The notes under the pieces are model-generated. The model had not been told where the DNA came from and did no database searches. It worked only from the letters and a program-made list of their open reading frames with translations. A stretch of 64,000 nucleotides of DNA, from IMG/VR virus record IMGVR_UViG_3300036790_000198, positions 3,426 through 67,425 of that record; one strand, given 5' to 3'. The position numbers and the translations under genes were made by a program. Below, one piece after another: positions 37,604 to 47,413 of the stretch; the stretch's first letter is position 1; the number at the start of each line of letters is the position of its first letter. Source of the stretch: a virus.

Positions 37604-38272
37604 TTAAGAGACGCCGTAGAGGTTGGGGCCGTAGCTCATCGCAATATCGAGATAGGCCCTGCCAAATGGAGTTTTGAGGCTCTGCAGATCGCCGAGCGTG
37701 AAATTCTTCATCGCTTCCAAGTTCAAATATGCGCCCGAGGTCCCCTGATCCGATGCCGCCTGAATGACGCCAACCGTGGGATCGAGTAGCTTGTACTTCG
37801 TCCGTATGTCCCTGAAGAACGTCTGGCCTGGCAGGTCCGTTGCATAGTTGAGCAGGCGGTCGGCCGCGAGGTTGTATACCGCGAACGTGTAGAGCTGCGG
37901 CGCCACCAGGAGTGTCGCGTTCACGGTTTCGAGCGCGATATCCAAACTCGCGGGCACGATCGCCGGCACGACGAGATAGGAATCCCCCGGCGCCGCAGTG
38001 AGTCCTGCCGGATTGCCCGCAGGCGTTATGACAAAATCGATCTCGGTTGCGGTATTCGAGATGACGCTGCCGCTCCAGCACTGCGTCACATCAAAGATGA
38101 CGCAGTTGGCCCACTGATTTGGCGTCCAATCTGCCGAGATGTCCGTCAGGCTCCACGCCGTGCCGGCACTGACTGTGCCGGCGGCGCTAGGGAAGACTCC
38201 GGGCGCATCCGACGGCGGGATGCCTACCGAGAGCAGGAAGGCTCGGTAGGCATTGACGTTTGGACAGGACAC
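37604..38272 (-). CDS. Head-tail adaptor (DUF4054-like)
   Basis: AVYNLAAD.L, T.FGR.YL. Confidence 0.65.
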   Translation of the reverse strand: MSCPNVNAYRAFLLSVGIPPSDAPGVFPSAAGTVSAGTAWSLTDISADWTPNQWANCVIFDVTQCWSGSVISNTATEIDFVITPAGNPAGLTAAPGDSYLVVPAIVPASLDIALETVNATLLVAPQLYTFAVYNLAADRLLNYATDLPGQTFFRDIRTKYKLLDPTVGVIQAASDQGTSGAYLNLEAMKNFTLGDLQSLKTPFGRAYLDIAMSYGPNLYGVS

Positions 38273-38274
38273 TG

Positions 38275-38823
38275 TCAGAGACGTGCGCTACGACGCTCGC
38301 CCCTATTGCGCGGTTGGATTCCGGCCTGCGTGGCTTCCGAGCCCTTACCGCCCACATCCGCATCCTTTGACCTGTAGGCCGCCATTTCGAGCTCTACGCG
38401 CTCAGGGGCCGGGGAGCCGGATTCCTGCGCCCGCTCGCTCTGCTTGACGAGAGAGGCCGCCGCAGTGGCGTTCAGCATCGTGTCGCTACGCTCTTCGGCT
38501 GCATGGCGATTTTGCTCGACCGCATTTTCGATCCTATCCACCTTGATCGGCTTGTCGTCCCAGATCGTACCGACGAAACCGCGGGCGAGATCGCCATTGC
38601 GGCGAACGCCGTAATTAGCCCCTTGATGATCAAAAATGTGCTTGACATCTAACTCCGAGAAGTCCCGGCCCCCGCCCAGAGTGATCTGGCCGCCCGCCGG
38701 AATCCTCTCGACGTAAAGACGCTCGCTCCACATCATCCGGCCGGTCTTCGGATTGACCTCGGTCGGCATGCGGTAGTTGAACTCCATGTTCTGCACGGTC
38801 GTGTTGGCAAGGTAAATTTTCAT
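38275..38823 (-). CDS. Hypothetical virion protein downstream of capsid
   Basis: AGGGG RBS; MKIYLANTT.Q. Confidence 0.6.
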   Translation of the reverse strand: MKIYLANTTVQNMEFNYRMPTEVNPKTGRMMWSERLYVERIPAGGQITLGGGRDFSELDVKHIFDHQGANYGVRRNGDLARGFVGTIWDDKPIKVDRIENAVEQNRHAAEERSDTMLNATAAASLVKQSERAQESGSPAPERVELEMAAYRSKDADVGGKGSEATQAGIQPRNRGERRSARL

Positions 38824-38863
38824 CTAGTCCCCTATGGTTATCTGGCAGGTTTGCCAGCGCTAC

Positions 38864-39883
38864 CTAGTAGATAATGCTCAGCAGCGAAGTGGTCTCCGGG
38901 CGGACCGGCCATCCGCACGTCGCGCGAATCTCATACAGCGTGTCGACGGCTCCGAGCGCCAAGGGCACGGTGATCTCAAGCGGCGCCGCCATATCGGCGT
39001 ACTGGAACGAACAGCCAGCCAGATTCGGCTGCAGCTTCGCGAACTCGTTGGTATCCCACTCAGGACCATTGGGCTCTTCGACCTCGGGCATCTGCAGGAT
39101 CACCATGTCGGACCCGCCAGCTCCCTGACCGATCAGGGTGTCGTCATAGCAGAACTCGATGACATCGCCCTGTGTCTCCTTGGCGACCTGTTTCACCATT
39201 TCGGCGGTCGTCGCGCTGCCAGAGCCCAGACGCTGATAGCTCGTCAACTGCACGACGTTGACCAGTTCAAACTGGCCAATGATGCGCTGGGGCCCAAGGA
39301 ACACGAAGCGATGGGGCTTGCCAAGCTGGTACGTGCGAGCCTTGAGATTCAGAAGCTGCTGCAGGAGCCATAGCGCCATCTGGCCCGAATCGTAGGTCAG
39401 GACCGTCGTATTTCCGAATGTGTCTGGGGGGAGCGAAACGGCAGTGCCTCCGCCGTTGAGAAATCCCTCGCCATTGGCGGCATTGACGCCGTAGAGCTGC
39501 ATGTTTCGCAGGACCTGGAAGATCGTCTGGCGATTGGCGAGCCGATATCCCTGAGCGATGTTGACGCCCCAGCGGCTCATGTTCGCCGCATCGTGATGAT
39601 CCCACTCGGCGTGAGCCCTGATGCGGTACGTCGGGGTGCTGATGTACTTCGGAATGAGCGTGGCGCCCGGCAAGAGATTGCCTGCCGTCTGGCCCACCTG
39701 GGCCTGACCGTTCATCCCAAGCGTACGCATGTACACGTAGAGATCCTCGGGATCGAGCATGATGCGTGGTTTGCCATCCGCAAGTAGGCGCTGCGCCTGC
39801 GATGCCTGCGAGATCTGCATGAGCACGCCCGGCTCGATGCGAGACGGGTGAACCTGTGCCCAGGAAGTGCCTAAAGTAGCCAT
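38864..39883 (-). CDS. Major capsid protein (DUF2184/encapsulin-like HK97 fold)
   Basis: 339 aa; LYG....GEG.LN, R.T.GW.VRP; synteny. Confidence 0.8.
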   Translation of the reverse strand: MATLGTSWAQVHPSRIEPGVLMQISQASQAQRLLADGKPRIMLDPEDLYVYMRTLGMNGQAQVGQTAGNLLPGATLIPKYISTPTYRIRAHAEWDHHDAANMSRWGVNIAQGYRLANRQTIFQVLRNMQLYGVNAANGEGFLNGGGTAVSLPPDTFGNTTVLTYDSGQMALWLLQQLLNLKARTYQLGKPHRFVFLGPQRIIGQFELVNVVQLTSYQRLGSGSATTAEMVKQVAKETQGDVIEFCYDDTLIGQGAGGSDMVILQMPEVEEPNGPEWDTNEFAKLQPNLAGCSFQYADMAAPLEITVPLALGAVDTLYEIRATCGWPVRPETTSLLSIIY

Positions 39884-39905
39884 GTTTCGTTAGCTCCGAA
39901 AGAAA

Positions 39906-40523
39906 TTAGATCTGCAGCACCACGACGGCGCCGCCTTCGTTCCACGTCGCCTGGCCTGCAGAGGGCGAGTTCGGCGTGACAACCCAGGAGTTGCCGATCT
40001 GCACGTCGATGATCTTCGCCGGCAGGCTGGAGGGGCCAGGAATCTGGCCGCTCGTGAAGGGCAGCAGCACTTGGTTGGTGTAGTCCCAGGTGAGCTGTGT
40101 CGTATCAGCCACGTTCAGCAGGTTCGCCGCGTTGGCCGCCGACATCGGCAGCGCAATGCAGTGTCCTAAGCCAAACTCCACGAAGCTGAAACCCATGCCG
40201 GGTGAGGCCAGGGCGACATTGGACTGTGGCGTCTGAACTGGAGCTGCGGACTGGTCCCACACGAGAAAGCCGCTCAGGTTCCCGATCGCGGTGGCGATCG
40301 AAAGTTGCGGCCCGAGCATCGGGGATGCGGCCGCCTGAGTGCTCACCGTCACGCCAACTCCGCCATACATCAGTCCGGTGACGGATGAGGCGACGAAGCC
40401 GGTACGGATGAGGTTGCGCGTTGAGGCGTTCGGATAGAGCGACCCGGCCGTGTAAGCGACCGTGTTGACGTTGAAAGTACCGCTTGCGAATGTGGTCTGC
40501 AGCGGGTTCAGAGCGATAGACAT
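39906..40523 (-). CDS. Capsid cement/decoration protein
   Basis: Between scaffold and capsid; M.GGVG, WD...Q.L. Confidence 0.65.
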   Translation of the reverse strand: MSIALNPLQTTFASGTFNVNTVAYTAGSLYPNASTRNLIRTGFVASSVTGLMYGGVGVTVSTQAAASPMLGPQLSIATAIGNLSGFLVWDQSAAPVQTPQSNVALASPGMGFSFVEFGLGHCIALPMSAANAANLLNVADTTQLTWDYTNQVLLPFTSGQIPGPSSLPAKIIDVQIGNSWVVTPNSPSAGQATWNEGGAVVVLQI

Positions 40524-40550
40524 GAATATCTCCTGGTGAAAACGCTGCGA

Positions 40551-41363
40551 TTAGCGACCAACGTCTCGGTTGATCCTGCCGAACTTCGTGGCGCCTCCCA
40601 TGAAAGCCCCCCACGTAACGGCCGGATCACCGATAAACTTGCGCACAGTGTGGCCCGAGTCGTTGCGCGTGACCAGCTCGCGAAGCGGCGCGCCGATGGT
40701 GACCTGACTCGATGATGCCTCTACGGCATCAGTTACGATCGCGTTCTCAACTACCGAGAATGCAGCCGAGTCGTTGACCAGAATCCCGAGGTTGGAATCC
40801 TTGTAGACCTTGCTGTGGGACTTCAGCTTTGCGAGCAGGCGCACGCGGTAGTCGTTGAAAGTCTCGCCCTGAAGCGCGTGCGGGGCCTGGCCGTAGTTCC
40901 ATGCCTGATACGCCGCATCGCAGCGCATCTGGACTTCGGCGAACCTCGCCTTGTCATCGTCCGAGAGAATCGCCGGCATGCGGCGCTCCATCTCGGCGAG
41001 TTTCTTGGCGAGCTCGGAGTTGTTACCGGCGCGCAGAGCGGCGTCGGCCTTTTCTTTCTCATCGCCCTCCTTCTCTTCGGCGTCTTTTCTGGCCTTGTCG
41101 GCCTTCTCCTTTTCCTCCTTCTCTTTCGCCTCGGCATCGGCGCACATCTTGTCGGCCTTCTCCTTCTCCTCCTTCTCTTTGGCCTCGGCGTCAGTGCGGG
41201 CCTTGTCGGACCGATCCTTCTCCGCCGCAGCCGCATCCGCACGCGCCTTCCACTCGGCGGCATCGGCGCGGTCCTTCTTGTGCTCCGCATCGATCGAATC
41301 GATCTTCGTGTGCAGCGCGTCGAGATGGTTCAGGACTTTGTCCAGCTTGTCTTCATCAGCCAT
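40551..41363 (-). CDS. Scaffolding protein
   Basis: Charged coiled coil (EKEEKEKADK repeats); P..GE...YR.RL. Confidence 0.75.
   Translation of the reverse strand: MADEDKLDKVLNHLDALHTKIDSIDAEHKKDRADAAEWKARADAAAAEKDRSDKARTDAEAKEKEEKEKADKMCADAEAKEKEEKEKADKARKDAEEKEGDEKEKADAALRAGNNSELAKKLAEMERRMPAILSDDDKARFAEVQMRCDAAYQAWNYGQAPHALQGETFNDYRVRLLAKLKSHSKVYKDSNLGILVNDSAAFSVVENAIVTDAVEASSSQVTIGAPLRELVTRNDSGHTVRKFIGDPAVTWGAFMGGATKFGRINRDVGR
41094..41193 (-). repeat. 54-nt-period tandem duplication in scaffold gene
   Basis: DAEAKEKEEKEKADK encoded twice. Confidence 0.7.
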
Positions 41364-41451
41364 GGTCAGTTGACTCCGAAAAATGCGGCAACGCCGCTGT
41401 AAGGGCGCACGCCGCATTGGTGTGCACGCCGGGGAAAGGAGAGAAACTTGA

Positions 41452-42483
41452 TTAGCAGCGCGAAGATATTTCGCGCGCGTAGACTTTTTCGATGATCTGA
41501 TCGAGAGAGTTGGTCCGTGAATCCAGCACGACATCGACTCCGCTCGCAGGGCCTGATTTGTCCCAGACCCCGAGGGTGCAAACTGCGATGTGATCCAACA
41601 GGCGGATGTCACCCTCTAGCAGTAACTTCGAGCCGTCCTCAAGCTTTTGAGAAATGCTCGTCTTGAGCTTCACGCCGGGAGAAGTCGACCATTGTTCGGT
41701 GGAGAGCGCATCGACCGCTTCTCCGTCATACACTTTGGCAATGCCCCACACCTCGCGCTCTTCTGGCTTGATGTATGGAATCATGACCGAGCCGATAACG
41801 CGCCTATTAAACTCCTTGGAGTTCATCATGCGTTTCGTCGGGTGCTCCCAGATGACCGTGAGACCCTGGCATCGCTCAAGAAACTCATCGTTCAGATATA
41901 GCGACGGATCGCGCCAGACATACTCGTCAATTCCTGCGCGATATGCAGCGCCTGTACCGGTAATGCGCAGCGCCACGAGCAGCAAGTTTTCATACCGCTG
42001 CGGGCTTACTAGGTCGCCAGCGACCATCGCCTTGGCGATTCCGAGCTCGTCCATGTCGAATCTCTGCAGCGCCACCGCGGCTCCCGCATGCAGCGGCAGC
42101 GTCGCGAGCGCGGTCTCAGGTCGCGCCCAGGTGAAGATGTCGTGCTCTTCGTTGAGTCGCGGGACGAACTGCTCGGACTCGCCGATGAACGTCGTGAAGT
42201 CGACGCCGTCTTTGATGCGGCGCGTCCAGGGCGAGAGCTTGCCGGCGTAGCGCTGCGCCGTTTCCTCGAACGTCTCGCGGCGCGCGCAGCCCTCTGGAGA
42301 TTCGCTTTCTTCAACGCCGCCACCCGGGAACGCCCATTCTCCCGCGTGATCGCGACCAGTACGGCGCATGAGCAGGACTCGGCCGTCATCCGCCATGAGC
42401 ATGACGCCGGCGGCGCGCAAGGGCTCGCCATCGGCCGGAGGAGGCGAGGGAGACAGGTCTCCGGGTTGTCCGATGTCGGCCAT
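41452..42483 (-). CDS. Nudix hydrolase fused to prohead protease (DUF2213-like)
   Basis: GGVEESESPEGCARRETFEET Nudix box; RITGTG, HP, STSP, LDHIAV..GVWD. Confidence 0.85.
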   Translation of the reverse strand: MADIGQPGDLSPSPPPADGEPLRAAGVMLMADDGRVLLMRRTGRDHAGEWAFPGGGVEESESPEGCARRETFEETAQRYAGKLSPWTRRIKDGVDFTTFIGESEQFVPRLNEEHDIFTWARPETALATLPLHAGAAVALQRFDMDELGIAKAMVAGDLVSPQRYENLLLVALRITGTGAAYRAGIDEYVWRDPSLYLNDEFLERCQGLTVIWEHPTKRMMNSKEFNRRVIGSVMIPYIKPEEREVWGIAKVYDGEAVDALSTEQWSTSPGVKLKTSISQKLEDGSKLLLEGDIRLLDHIAVCTLGVWDKSGPASGVDVVLDSRTNSLDQIIEKVYAREISSRC

Positions 42484-42486
42484 GGC

Positions 42487-42678
42487 TTATTTCTTCTCGC
42501 GTCTCTCGAAGCTATCGCACGCTTCCAGTATGGCGTCGAGCTTGGAACAATCCCGCTTACTCTCTCCGGCTTCACGGAAGGCGGCGGCTATCGCTTGCTT
42601 TTCGGGGTGACCGGACTTGCGCATCTCGGAAATGTTGTGCGAGATCGCGGCTTTGCTCGATCCCTTCTCAAGCGGCAT
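42487..42678 (-). CDS. Small head-region protein (MPL.KG.S...QAIA type)
   Basis: [19 protein letters not shown]...KQAIAAAF. Confidence 0.7.
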   Translation of the reverse strand: MPLEKGSSKAAISHNISEMRKSGHPEKQAIAAAFREAGESKRDCSKLDAILEACDSFERREKK

Positions 42679-43525
42679 GGATCATTGCTCCAGAAAATGC
42701 GGCCGTTTGCTTGCGCGCTTCAATGAGTTTCTCGCGCCCCTTCTCCGTCAGCATGTCTGACTCCAGGTCGCGCAGCGTATACAGCGCCTCCACCCAACAC
42801 CGGCAGTTCGGTTCCTCGGCGGCGGCCGTGATTTGATCGTAGTACTGGCGCCCGGCGAGCTTCATGAGCCCGGCCTTCAACGCCCAGTTGTCGCGCAGGA
42901 CGAATATCTTGCCGGCTCGCGCGACGTGATTGGGCCTTGAATCGTAAGCCGGCGGACCTTCATCGACGTGATGCCAGATGAAGGCAATGGCCCCGCCGTC
43001 CTCGGCAACGATCTGATTGACCGCAGCGGTGAGTTTATGGCCCTGATCCGTGATGACAAACCGCTCACGGTACGGAAGTCCGGCGATACCGCGGCGAACT
43101 TCCTCCCGCACCTGCTGGTGCTTGGCGACTTCGGTTCCACCAGCGGGGACCGATGTCGCCCATCCGGCGAACCGCCGCATCGTGTTGGATATCGCCTCTT
43201 CACGATTCAACTTGATTAGGTTCGCGCTCGCCCGTATGCGGCGGTCGAGCTCGGCGCGCAACCTCGGCTGAACCTGTTGCAGTGTGAACTCGCTAACGCC
43301 ATTGTGAACTCGTACGAGCTTCTCACGCTTGACGGAGCGAGCGAATACCGCGGTTAGCAACTGCTGTAGATGCCGGTCCAATATCTCGGTCGGTACCAGA
43401 GACTCACGCGCCGCCCTGGAAAGCCGCGCCACCCAATCGGTGATGCGCTGCTCGGAATCAAATCCGTGCTCGAGAATGTCGTTGATCGCCTCAGTGACGA
43501 TCCGATAGAAGCCGCCGCGCGGCAC
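42668..43525 (-). CDS. Head morphogenesis protein (SPP1 gp7/MuF-like)
   Basis: DQ..KL, W.H....R..H...GK, EPNCRC. Confidence 0.8.
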   Translation of the reverse strand: MPRGGFYRIVTEAINDILEHGFDSEQRITDWVARLSRAARESLVPTEILDRHLQQLLTAVFARSVKREKLVRVHNGVSEFTLQQVQPRLRAELDRRIRASANLIKLNREEAISNTMRRFAGWATSVPAGGTEVAKHQQVREEVRRGIAGLPYRERFVITDQGHKLTAAVNQIVAEDGGAIAFIWHHVDEGPPAYDSRPNHVARAGKIFVLRDNWALKAGLMKLAGRQYYDQITAAAEEPNCRCWVEALYTLRDLESDMLTEKGREKLIEARKQTAAFSGAMIHAA

Positions 43526-43527
43526 TG

Positions 43528-45093
43528 CTAGGCCCGCACTGACGCCACGCGCGGGCGCAGTGCATCCACCGCCGTACGCAGCTTCGTGAAGTCCGTGGCA
43601 GAATCGAAGCGACCGAACTTCTTGGCTTCCGGACCGACGTCCTCGGTTCCGCCTTCGGAATTCTGGCTGGCTTCCTGCGATTTATCCTGCTGCTTCTGCT
43701 GTTTCTCGTAGAAGCCGATCAACTCCTCGATATCGAGATCGAGCGCATAAGCGAATAGGCGTTTGTTCTCGCCCGCATTGTCGATCGCCCACTGGATGAG
43801 TCGGGCCTTGTTCTGCGGATCAATCTCCGGCAGCAGCGTTTGCAGCAATGCGACGGTTGCCTCGAGCCGAACCGAATCGAATTTAACGTTCTCCGACTCC
43901 GGTTCAATCAGGAACGACGGCCAGGTCGAGGCGAACGAACGGCACCACTCCATGAACGCAGCCTCGTGCGGCATCGACTTGTATTTCGCGGGATACAATC
44001 CTTGAATGCGTTTATAAAACGCCGGCGCCATCCACGCTCGGTAACGGACGATGTTATCGAACCAATCGTAATCTGGCTTTAAGTCCACGCGCACGCCATC
44101 GATGTACTTGGCGATCTGCTTGGCGTCCTCGGTGCCCTCGGCCATGCCGCCGATCATCGTCTCGTTTTCGAGTAGCTTGGCGGGCATATCGGCAGCCGTC
44201 GACGCGTTCTTCAGGATATTGGTGCGCGCAAAGGTGCCGGCGCCATCGACGTTCTGCATGTTGAGCGTCGCGACGTCCTCATCGACGCCAATGGTCATTA
44301 CCTGGCCCACATGAGCGGCCTTCAACAGGAACCGCTTCATGGCCGCGGCAGCCTGCATGATCTTATTGACGACGCTGCCAGGGGACTGCAGCTTCTGAAC
44401 GAGCAGCCCGTTCTTCGTCGCGATCATGTCATCCGCGATCATCGTCTTGATGAACGACTTCAGCGGGAAGAGCGCGCGCTGGTAGACGCTGCGGCCAGTG
44501 AAGCCAAAGCCAGAGTCCACATATGCGATGTAAATCGGCTCCTCGTTCATCGCGATACGATAGCGGGAGCGATGGTAGGTCTCACCTGCGGCGACGACGC
44601 GCGTCACCCGGTTGAAATCCGGTGTATTCGGCGCCTGATTCATGATGACAGAGCCCGAAATGTTCAACGGATCAAACACGTTGAAGTAGATCGGCAGATC
44701 CCAGAGCTTCGTCATGTCGAGCGGTTTCTCGCTCGGTACGCCCTCGCAACCGATAACGAGAGCCGAGACTCCGTAGACCCGAGCCAGGCGGCGAAGGTTA
44801 AGAATATTCGCGTCGGCGCGCAGTTCCGTCCAGACCTGCTGAAACTCGTCGACAATCTCTTTCTCGGCGCCCTGCACCGTGACGGCCCGAGGTTGCGACT
44901 GCGCCATCTTGATCGGCGCCTCGGCCATTTTTGCTCCCAATGGATGAAAAAGCAAAATCTCCTTACATGTTTCATAAGATGGCTGTGCTCCAGGCACAAT
45001 ATCGTCAGCCATCAAAATCCGCATCAACGCGGATTTCTTCCACTCATCATCAGGCACCGGGCCGTTGAGTTGAGTGATCGCCGCGAACGCCAT
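43528..45093 (-). CDS. Portal protein (DUF1073-like)
   Basis: R.YG..A, H.SR, G.SV, AADMP..L, GTED...; synteny. Confidence 0.85.
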   Translation of the reverse strand: MAFAAITQLNGPVPDDEWKKSALMRILMADDIVPGAQPSYETCKEILLFHPLGAKMAEAPIKMAQSQPRAVTVQGAEKEIVDEFQQVWTELRADANILNLRRLARVYGVSALVIGCEGVPSEKPLDMTKLWDLPIYFNVFDPLNISGSVIMNQAPNTPDFNRVTRVVAAGETYHRSRYRIAMNEEPIYIAYVDSGFGFTGRSVYQRALFPLKSFIKTMIADDMIATKNGLLVQKLQSPGSVVNKIMQAAAAMKRFLLKAAHVGQVMTIGVDEDVATLNMQNVDGAGTFARTNILKNASTAADMPAKLLENETMIGGMAEGTEDAKQIAKYIDGVRVDLKPDYDWFDNIVRYRAWMAPAFYKRIQGLYPAKYKSMPHEAAFMEWCRSFASTWPSFLIEPESENVKFDSVRLEATVALLQTLLPEIDPQNKARLIQWAIDNAGENKRLFAYALDLDIEELIGFYEKQQKQQDKSQEASQNSEGGTEDVGPEAKKFGRFDSATDFTKLRTAVDALRPRVASVRA

Positions 45094-45473
45094 TATGGCA
45101 CCGCGCGTATGATCTTGAACGTCGTGCGCGCGTAGCTCACGTTGTTATCCTGACCCGTCACCTGAAAGAGCGCCTGGTGCGTTTCGGACTCGCGTGTCAG
45201 ATTGATCATGGCATTTTGTGCTGAGGTGACAGTGATCAGGTTGACGATTACGGGCGCGATCGAAGTCCAGCCGAGAATCTGCTCAAGCTCCCTACTGGCA
45301 CACACCAAATCCAGGCGATAGCTGATCGCAAGCGGCTGGTACTCGTTGCCGTACACGTCGAACCAGGACGCTTGAAGCTGGCAGGCGGAACCGGCGAGAT
45401 ATGCCGAGTCGGCGGCCTGAATGCTGGTCTGCGACAAAGCCAGGATCTGCGCTGATCCGAACGCGAGCGCCAT
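45093..45473 (-). CDS. Small protein, standalone copy of the domain at the C-terminus of 27455-29521
   Basis: NAMINLTRESETHQALFQ versus NAMVNVTRHRETHEALFQ. Confidence 0.7.
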   Translation of the reverse strand: MALAFGSAQILALSQTSIQAADSAYLAGSACQLQASWFDVYGNEYQPLAISYRLDLVCASRELEQILGWTSIAPVIVNLITVTSAQNAMINLTRESETHQALFQVTGQDNNVSYARTTFKIIRAVP

Positions 45474-46070
45474 TTACTTCGCGCCCTTGGCCTTAGCACG
45501 CGGCGAAGTATCCAACGCGAGAATAACCCCCACACTCCACGCGCTGAAAAGCTCGCAGCATTCAGGATCCTCTCCGGTAATGCTGACGGAGGTGATCTGG
45601 CTCATGAGGTGATTCCGTGTCACGTCCTGGAACGTGGATTCTTTCTCGTAAGCCGGGCGACTCATAATCACAAGGCTGCGGGCAACATATGCAGTGCTCG
45701 CAATGGCGCGTTCCTGAAGCGTGAGAGCCGCGAATGGCTCAGGCACTTCCTCGACCGAGGTGTGGCCTGACTCGTATAGCGCCGCGGCCAGCGATGAGCC
45801 TATGCCATCGGGCTCGACGAAAATGGTGTCCGTTGGATTGAGTGCGCCACATTCGACGGTGAGGCGCCTAACCTGCTGACTGAGGTCTCGTGCCCAAGCG
45901 GTCACCCCATCAAAACAGGCGAGCGACCAATCGAGCACGACGAGCGGCCAAGCGTTGATCTGCAGTTCATCGTAGCCGAAGATCACCGCCCCAATCGCAT
46001 TACGCAATGGCGTCGAGCCGATGACGGCGAACACCGTTGAGAGATGCTTCGGAAGCTCCGGTCGGTTCAA
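45474..46070 (-). CDS. Probable inactive terminase-nuclease-like (RNase H fold) domain
   Basis: VFAVIG, LVVLDW, IFVEPDGIG..L, ERA, NHLMSQI; acidic catalytic residues appear lost. Confidence 0.55.
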   Translation of the reverse strand: MNRPELPKHLSTVFAVIGSTPLRNAIGAVIFGYDELQINAWPLVVLDWSLACFDGVTAWARDLSQQVRRLTVECGALNPTDTIFVEPDGIGSSLAAALYESGHTSVEEVPEPFAALTLQERAIASTAYVARSLVIMSRPAYEKESTFQDVTRNHLMSQITSVSITGEDPECCELFSAWSVGVILALDTSPRAKAKGAK

Positions 46071-47413
46071 AGGAGTTCCTTGCGAAAGAATCCGCCGACG
46101 GGCTCGGTCAGCATGAGTTCTGTTATGGCCCAGACTGCGGCGTCTAGGCGGTCGGGCGAGTACCCCATGACGGCCGTGTCAAAATCCACCGTCATCTCGC
46201 AGAGCTGGTCCTCGAGCTGAGGGTGATTACCGACATGATGGACGCGGCCCTGCTCATAAAGCGCCGCGACCGGTTCCGCACGCCGCGCCTTACCCCGGCT
46301 CGCATGCACGGCCTTGTACGGGACTGATGGGTCAACGGTGCGCAGGGTTGCCTCGACCATATCCCCGCCGTTATTCACCTCGGCGACGATTCGGTCGGCC
46401 TTGTACTTGCGGTAGAGACCGATGGCCTTTCTCGCCCACTCAAGCGGTTGGTAGCGACCGGAGAGATCCTCCAGCACGAACGCTTCCTGAGTCCCTGACA
46501 TGCCAGCGACTACGATGCCGGTCTCATCGGATTTTTCCTCGCTCGAAACGGCGGGATCAATCGCAATCACGATGCGCTGTAATGCCGGGACACCAAAGAC
46601 GCGCAGTTCTTCAATTCTCGAACGTCGCCAGAGCGCGCCGGGAACATCCTCGAGCAGCTCGGCCAGCAACTCTTGGCGCCCGAGTCTCGTGCCTTCGTAC
46701 TTGCGCACAATGGACGAGAGAAACGACGGCGCCAAGTTGGAGCGATTCTCGTACGTACTGCCGCGCGTGACGACAACGCCGTCGCCTTCGCGTGCAAGCA
46801 AATCCTTCAGAAGCTTTACCGGCTTCGGGGTTGTGGCTACAACGCAGCGCGGGTTATTCCCCTGGCGCAGCCCGAACTGAAGCATGTCGTACGACTCAGG
46901 ATAGGACCACGCGGCGAGCTCATCGCAGACTGCGGCATCATGCTGCGGGCCTCTTAATCGCTCGGGCTCATCCGCTGAGTACGTCGTGGCCATGGCGCCA
47001 TTGGGCCATGTGAGCCTGCGCTTTGACGGTTCATAGAGCGGTCGATTCCAAGGCGGGCTCACGGCTAAAATGCCGGCAGGTCCCTCCACGAGCACCTCGC
47101 GGGCATCCGCAGCAGTAGGCGCAACGAGTGCGATGCGGCCGGCGCGGGCCGCTTGGACCTCTCCGCGGACCCACTCCGACAAAGTCATGGTCTTGCCGAA
47201 CCCGCGGCCCGCCAAAATGAGCCAGACATTCCAATCGCCAAGTGGCGCTAACTGATTCGGACGCGCCCACCAGCCCGTCCAGTCCCACTGAAAATTACGT
47301 GCTTCCTGTGCTGTCAGCCGGCTCAGAACTTGCTCTTGCTGCTCCTGCGGCAGCGCCGCCAGCAATTCGACTGGAGACCGATTGGAGGAGGGCAAGATTT
47401 CGTTCACGGGCAT
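46067..47413 (-). CDS. terL: Terminase large subunit
   Basis: AGRGFGKT Walker A, CDELAAW Walker B, IAIDPA, DETG, SPDRLDA nuclease motifs. Confidence 0.95.
   Translation of the reverse strand: MPVNEILPSSNRSPVELLAALPQEQQEQVLSRLTAQEARNFQWDWTGWWARPNQLAPLGDWNVWLILAGRGFGKTMTLSEWVRGEVQAARAGRIALVAPTAADAREVLVEGPAGILAVSPPWNRPLYEPSKRRLTWPNGAMATTYSADEPERLRGPQHDAAVCDELAAWSYPESYDMLQFGLRQGNNPRCVVATTPKPVKLLKDLLAREGDGVVVTRGSTYENRSNLAPSFLSSIVRKYEGTRLGRQELLAELLEDVPGALWRRSRIEELRVFGVPALQRIVIAIDPAVSSEEKSDETGIVVAGMSGTQEAFVLEDLSGRYQPLEWARKAIGLYRKYKADRIVAEVNNGGDMVEATLRTVDPSVPYKAVHASRGKARRAEPVAALYEQGRVHHVGNHPQLEDQLCEMTVDFDTAVMGYSPDRLDAAVWAITELMLTEPVGGFFRKELL

Noticed and set aside
43528-45093. Anti-CBASS Acb1 activity sometimes attached to DUF1073 annotations
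   Set aside because: No HxT/HxS 2H-phosphoesterase domain is visible; size and position fit a plain portal
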